Assembly: GCA_029262175.1 (NCBI GenBank)
Contig: JAJCZV010000072.1
Location: 152,537 to 216,536, forward strand
Reading direction: 5' to 3'
Source of the DNA: Gemmatimonadota bacterium
GTDB taxonomy: Bacteria > Gemmatimonadota > Gemmatimonadetes > Palauibacterales > Palauibacteraceae
DNA: 64,000 nt
Shown here: piece after piece, positions 60,758-64,000 of the stretch
How positions within the stretch are numbered: the first letter of the stretch is position 1
Layout of the letters: every line of letters starts with the position of its first letter
Made by a program: the position numbers and the translations under genes
Notes under the pieces: generated by a model
Seen by the model: the letters and a program-made list of their open reading frames with translations, nothing else
The model's database searches: none
Told to the model about the DNA's origin: nothing

Positions 60758-61926
60758 GACGAGGCGGTTACGGTTGGTTGGGGCGCGGCGGGTATACGCG
60801 GTTCTGCGATCACTTCACGATACAAATCCTCGTAGAGCGTGACGACGCGTGAAGTGGCGAAGTGCTCACTCGCGCGCGCGCGCGCCGCCGCTGACGCCGC
60901 CTGCCACCGGGCGTCGTCCCGCAGAAGGGCGACCGCGGAATTCGCCATCGCCTCGACTTCTCCAACGGGATGAAGCCAGCCGGTTACGCCGTGCTCCACC
61001 ACTTCGGTCAATCCGGTGTCGGACGAACCCACCACCGGCACTCCCGATGCCTGCGCCTCGAGCGCCACCAATCCAAAGGACTCCTGCTCGCTAGGCAACA
61101 GGAAGAGGTCGGCGTTCGCGAGGAGCTCGGCCACCGACTCGAGCTTGCCGAGCATGAGAACACGATCGGAAATACCGAGTTGGCTCGCCAACTCTTCCGC
61201 CTTCTGACGCTGGGGCCCATCGCCCACCAACACCAACCGAGCGGGCACCTCCTTCTGAATCCTGTTGAAGATCTCGATCACATCTGGAATTCGCTTGACC
61301 GACCTGAAGTTCGAGATGTGCATCACGACTTTCTCGCTGTCGCAGCCAAACGTATGGAGTCCGCGATAACGGTCTCGATCGTACGTGTGAGGATCGACGA
61401 AGTTGGGGATCACATCGATCTTGCACTTGTCACAGTCGAAGTCCCGATGGGTCTGATCCCGGAGCCAATCCGAAACCGCGGTGAGTCGGTCTGACTGTTC
61501 GATCGAGAACCGGGTGATCGACCAGTACGACGGATCCTGCCCCACCAGAGTGATGTCCGTGCCATGCAGCGTCGTCACGAGCTTCACGTCTCGCCCGCCC
61601 GCCTGCAGCATGACTCGCGCGATCCAGCCCGCGGTCGCATGGGGAATCGCATAGTGAGCGTGGAGAATGTCGAGCTCTTCGCGGCGCGCGACCTCGTGCA
61701 TCGTTACAGCGAGAGCCAAGGAATACGGTGGATACTCGAACAGCGGGTACTGGTTCACTTTGACTTCGTGAAAAAACACGCCGTCGATAAACTGTGTGAG
61801 CCGAAACGGCTGCGCGTAGGAGATGAAATGCACCTGATGGCCGCGTCGCGCGAGCTCGAGACCTAGCTCCGTTGCGACCGCTCCCGACCCGCCATAGGTG
61901 GGGTAGCACGTAATCCCGATTTTCAT
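60754..61926 (-). CDS. bshA: GT4 glycosyltransferase, N-acetyl-alpha-D-glucosaminyl L-malate synthase (BshA)-like
   Basis: 390 aa; N-terminus MKIGITCYPTYGGSGAVATELGLELARRGHQVHFISY characteristic of BshA; GT4 E-x7-E region (FLLPSEQESFGLVALEAQASGVPVV). Confidence 0.7.
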   Translation of the reverse strand: MKIGITCYPTYGGSGAVATELGLELARRGHQVHFISYAQPFRLTQFIDGVFFHEVKVNQYPLFEYPPYSLALAVTMHEVARREELDILHAHYAIPHATAGWIARVMLQAGGRDVKLVTTLHGTDITLVGQDPSYWSITRFSIEQSDRLTAVSDWLRDQTHRDFDCDKCKIDVIPNFVDPHTYDRDRYRGLHTFGCDSEKVVMHISNFRSVKRIPDVIEIFNRIQKEVPARLVLVGDGPQRQKAEELASQLGISDRVLMLGKLESVAELLANADLFLLPSEQESFGLVALEAQASGVPVVGSSDTGLTEVVEHGVTGWLHPVGEVEAMANSAVALLRDDARWQAASAAARARASEHFATSRVVTLYEDLYREVIAEPRIPAAPQPTVTASS

Positions 61927-62894
61927 GCTGATTCAGCCATATCCAATCCCGCATCTCTCCACTCGTCGATGATTCGCGACGCAAGGTGCTCCGGTGGGCT
62001 CAAACCGTCCAGGACGATGGCGTCCGATGGAAGCTGGTGACGGAACCAAGTGCGTTGACGACGGGCATACTGCCACGTTGCCTTAAAGATCCGCTCCTCG
62101 ACCTCTGTTCGATCAAGTTCGCCGCGCACAAGGCGGCACACATCTTTATACCCGACGGCATCGAAGGCGCGCGTGGATTCGAGACCGTCGGTGAGAAGAC
62201 CCTGTACTTCGGTTTGCCATGCCCCTGACGCCAACATCCGAGAAGTGCGATCCCGGATCCGCTGTCGGAGCTCCGGGGCCGGGACCTCGAGCACGAACGT
62301 CGACACGCGCAGTGCCGGTCTCGCCGGCTCGCCGTGTTCGATCCACCATGTGAGCGGTGCGCCCGTCAATAGCGAAAGCTCGATGGTTCGCTCGGCGCGT
62401 TGTCGATCTCTGGATTCGCCGTTCCCGCCCGTTGGATCCAAGCGGCGGGCCCAACGCTGCACCTCTTCGTTGGAGCGGGAACCCTGCCATCGCGAAAGGC
62501 GGGCTCTCCGCTCGGGGTCGATCGGCGGCTCTTCAAACATCGGGTGGGTCAGCGTTCGCAGGAACAGACCGGTGCCGCCCGCCAGAATCGGAACGCATCC
62601 TCGGCCGCGGATCTCCGCCAACCACTCGGCCGCACACCGACCAAACCGGCCCGCCCCGTAACGGTCATCCGGTTCCAAGAACGCCACCCCGTGGTGCACC
62701 GCCGCCTTGCGTTCGGCCGCGGTCGGCGCCGCAGTGCCCACGCAAAACCTCGCATACGCCTGGCGACTGTCGAGCGAAATGACCTCGCCGTCCACGAGGC
62801 GAGCGACTTCAATTGCGAGCGCGGTCTTCCCTGACGCCGTGGGACCGACGATCGCGATGGGGCGAGGCGGAGTCGCGCCTCGTGGATCACCCAC
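61923..62894 (-). CDS. miaA: tRNA dimethylallyltransferase
   Basis: 323 aa; P-loop GPTASGKT, SLDSRQAY, ILAGGTGLF. Confidence 0.9.
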   Translation of the reverse strand: MGDPRGATPPRPIAIVGPTASGKTALAIEVARLVDGEVISLDSRQAYARFCVGTAAPTAAERKAAVHHGVAFLEPDDRYGAGRFGRCAAEWLAEIRGRGCVPILAGGTGLFLRTLTHPMFEEPPIDPERRARLSRWQGSRSNEEVQRWARRLDPTGGNGESRDRQRAERTIELSLLTGAPLTWWIEHGEPARPALRVSTFVLEVPAPELRQRIRDRTSRMLASGAWQTEVQGLLTDGLESTRAFDAVGYKDVCRLVRGELDRTEVEERIFKATWQYARRQRTWFRHQLPSDAIVLDGLSPPEHLASRIIDEWRDAGLDMAESA

Positions 62895-62896
62895 CG

Positions 62897-64000
62897 TCAG
62901 CTTCTTCCGAAGCGACGATCCAACTCCGCCACCGTCAGCCGCACGATCGTCGGGCGACCATGCACATCGTGGCCGGGCAACTCGGTGGCGAACAGGCGAT
63001 CGAACAGCTCGCGCGCTTCCTCGGGTGAAAGTTGTTCACCCGCTTTGATCGCACCCTTGCACGCCATGCTCTTTGCGATCCGCTCATGCTGGTTTCGAGC
63101 CGAGTCGACCAACTCAGAACCGTCGGTGAGTTCGCGAACCATCTCTCTAAGGCACCGTTCGGCGTCGAAACGAGCGTGTGGTTGAGGACATGCGTGCAAG
63201 ATGTACGTGCGATCGCCGAACGCCTCCAGTTCAAAGCCGAGGCGTGTGAAAAGACCCGAAAGTTCATCGACTGCGTCAGCCTCGGCGGGTGAAAAACGGA
63301 GCGTTATCGGAAACAACAGCGCTTGCGCCGTACCACCGCCGCTTTCGAAGCGCGCCATGATTTCTTCGAACAGCACGCGTTCATGTGCGGAGTGCTGGTC
63401 GATGACGAGTAAGCCGTCGCGTGTCGGGGCGAGGATGTACCGATCGTGTAGCTGCCACAGATCAGGTTCGCTGAACATCGAATCGAGCGGCGGCGCGATC
63501 TTCTCTTCCGATTCCGCCACGGAAGCCCCGTCATCTCCCGACTCTCTCCTCGAAACAAACAACGCCATCTGCGGCATCCCGGCGTCGGGCGAGGCGGGTC
63601 GACCCGCCGCCTGGCCTCCGTTGCCAACCCTCGGCATCGACCCGGCTCCCAGGGGTCGCGTCGAATCCAGCCGAGCCAGACCTGCGCGAACCGCATCGTG
63701 TAGCGCCGACTCTACCGCCTTCCGATCCCGGAATCGAACCTCCGCTTTCGCGGGGTGCACGTTTACGTCCACGTGGCCCGGCTCGACTCCGAACCGTACA
63801 AACACAGACGGCCTCAGGCCCTCGACGACCGTAGTGCGAAACGCGTCGTCGACAAGTCGCATGAGTGCGGGATCACGAAACGGGCGGCCGTTTACGAACG
63901 CGTACCGACGACCGCCGCGCGGGCGAGCGGCGTCGGGTCGCTGCACGAAGCCACTCAGCTCTATCGCACCGCCCACGCTTTCGATCGGAACCAACGTCTC
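62897..64000 (-). CDS. mutL: DNA mismatch repair protein MutL, C-terminal ~2/3 (5' end beyond window)
   Basis: Transducer domain (…RRYAFVNGRPFRDPALMRLVDDAF…), linker, C-terminal dimerisation/endonuclease domain with ...LVIDQHSAHERVLFEE... ; frame open to window end. Confidence 0.8.
   Translation of the reverse strand, partial: ETLVPIESVGGAIELSGFVQRPDAARPRGGRRYAFVNGRPFRDPALMRLVDDAFRTTVVEGLRPSVFVRFGVEPGHVDVNVHPAKAEVRFRDRKAVESALHDAVRAGLARLDSTRPLGAGSMPRVGNGGQAAGRPASPDAGMPQMALFVSRRESGDDGASVAESEEKIAPPLDSMFSEPDLWQLHDRYILAPTRDGLLVIDQHSAHERVLFEEIMARFESGGGTAQALLFPITLRFSPAEADAVDELSGLFTRLGFELEAFGDRTYILHACPQPHARFDAERCLREMVRELTDGSELVDSARNQHERIAKSMACKGAIKAGEQLSPEEARELFDRLFATELPGHDVHGRPTIVRLTVAELDRRFGRS

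Overview
High-GC (about 65-67%) bacterial chromosomal segment with dense coding, mostly on the minus strand after 31.8 kb. The gene content (sortilin/BNR, CBM9-DUF5916, a TIGR02999-like ECF sigma factor, a polytopic Hanks-type kinase, BshA, abundant Tat/lipoprotein signals) suggests a Gemmatimonadota/Acidobacteriota-like lineage, but this is inference only. Left third (1-31.8 kb): envelope, transport and regulatory genes. These include a partial RND efflux adaptor, a crotonase, a Tat-signal aminotransferase, a giant BNR/sortilin protein, an ECF sigma factor, PaiB, a tandem-PilZ c-di-GMP receptor, a multi-TM Ser/Thr kinase, a CDF transporter, a sulfotransferase, an amidohydrolase gene remnant, and a SPOR-SPOR-CBM9-DUF5916 outer-membrane protein. 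It also carries a magnesium island of tandem-duplicated CNNM/CorC and tandem-duplicated MgtE genes beside tRNA-Leu(CAA), a formyltransferase/beta-propeller fusion, a beta-lactamase-family hydrolase, and a CAX antiporter. Right two-thirds: conserved housekeeping synteny (recN-nadK-ispA-xseB-xseA-folD-rny-[structured non-coding gap]-zapA-pheT-pheS-rplT-rpmI-infC-thrS). An 8-kb tandem array of four diverged HExxH...E lipoprotein paralogs with an embedded small secreted protein interrupts it. Then come groES-groEL with a perfect CIRCE operator, then coaX-birA-uppP-bshA-miaA-mutL (partial). No CRISPR, integrase, transposase or obvious defence genes were seen. The most unusual loci are the metallopeptidase-like lipoprotein array, the duplicated Mg2+ transporter island, and a 250-nt structured non-coding region between zapA and rny.
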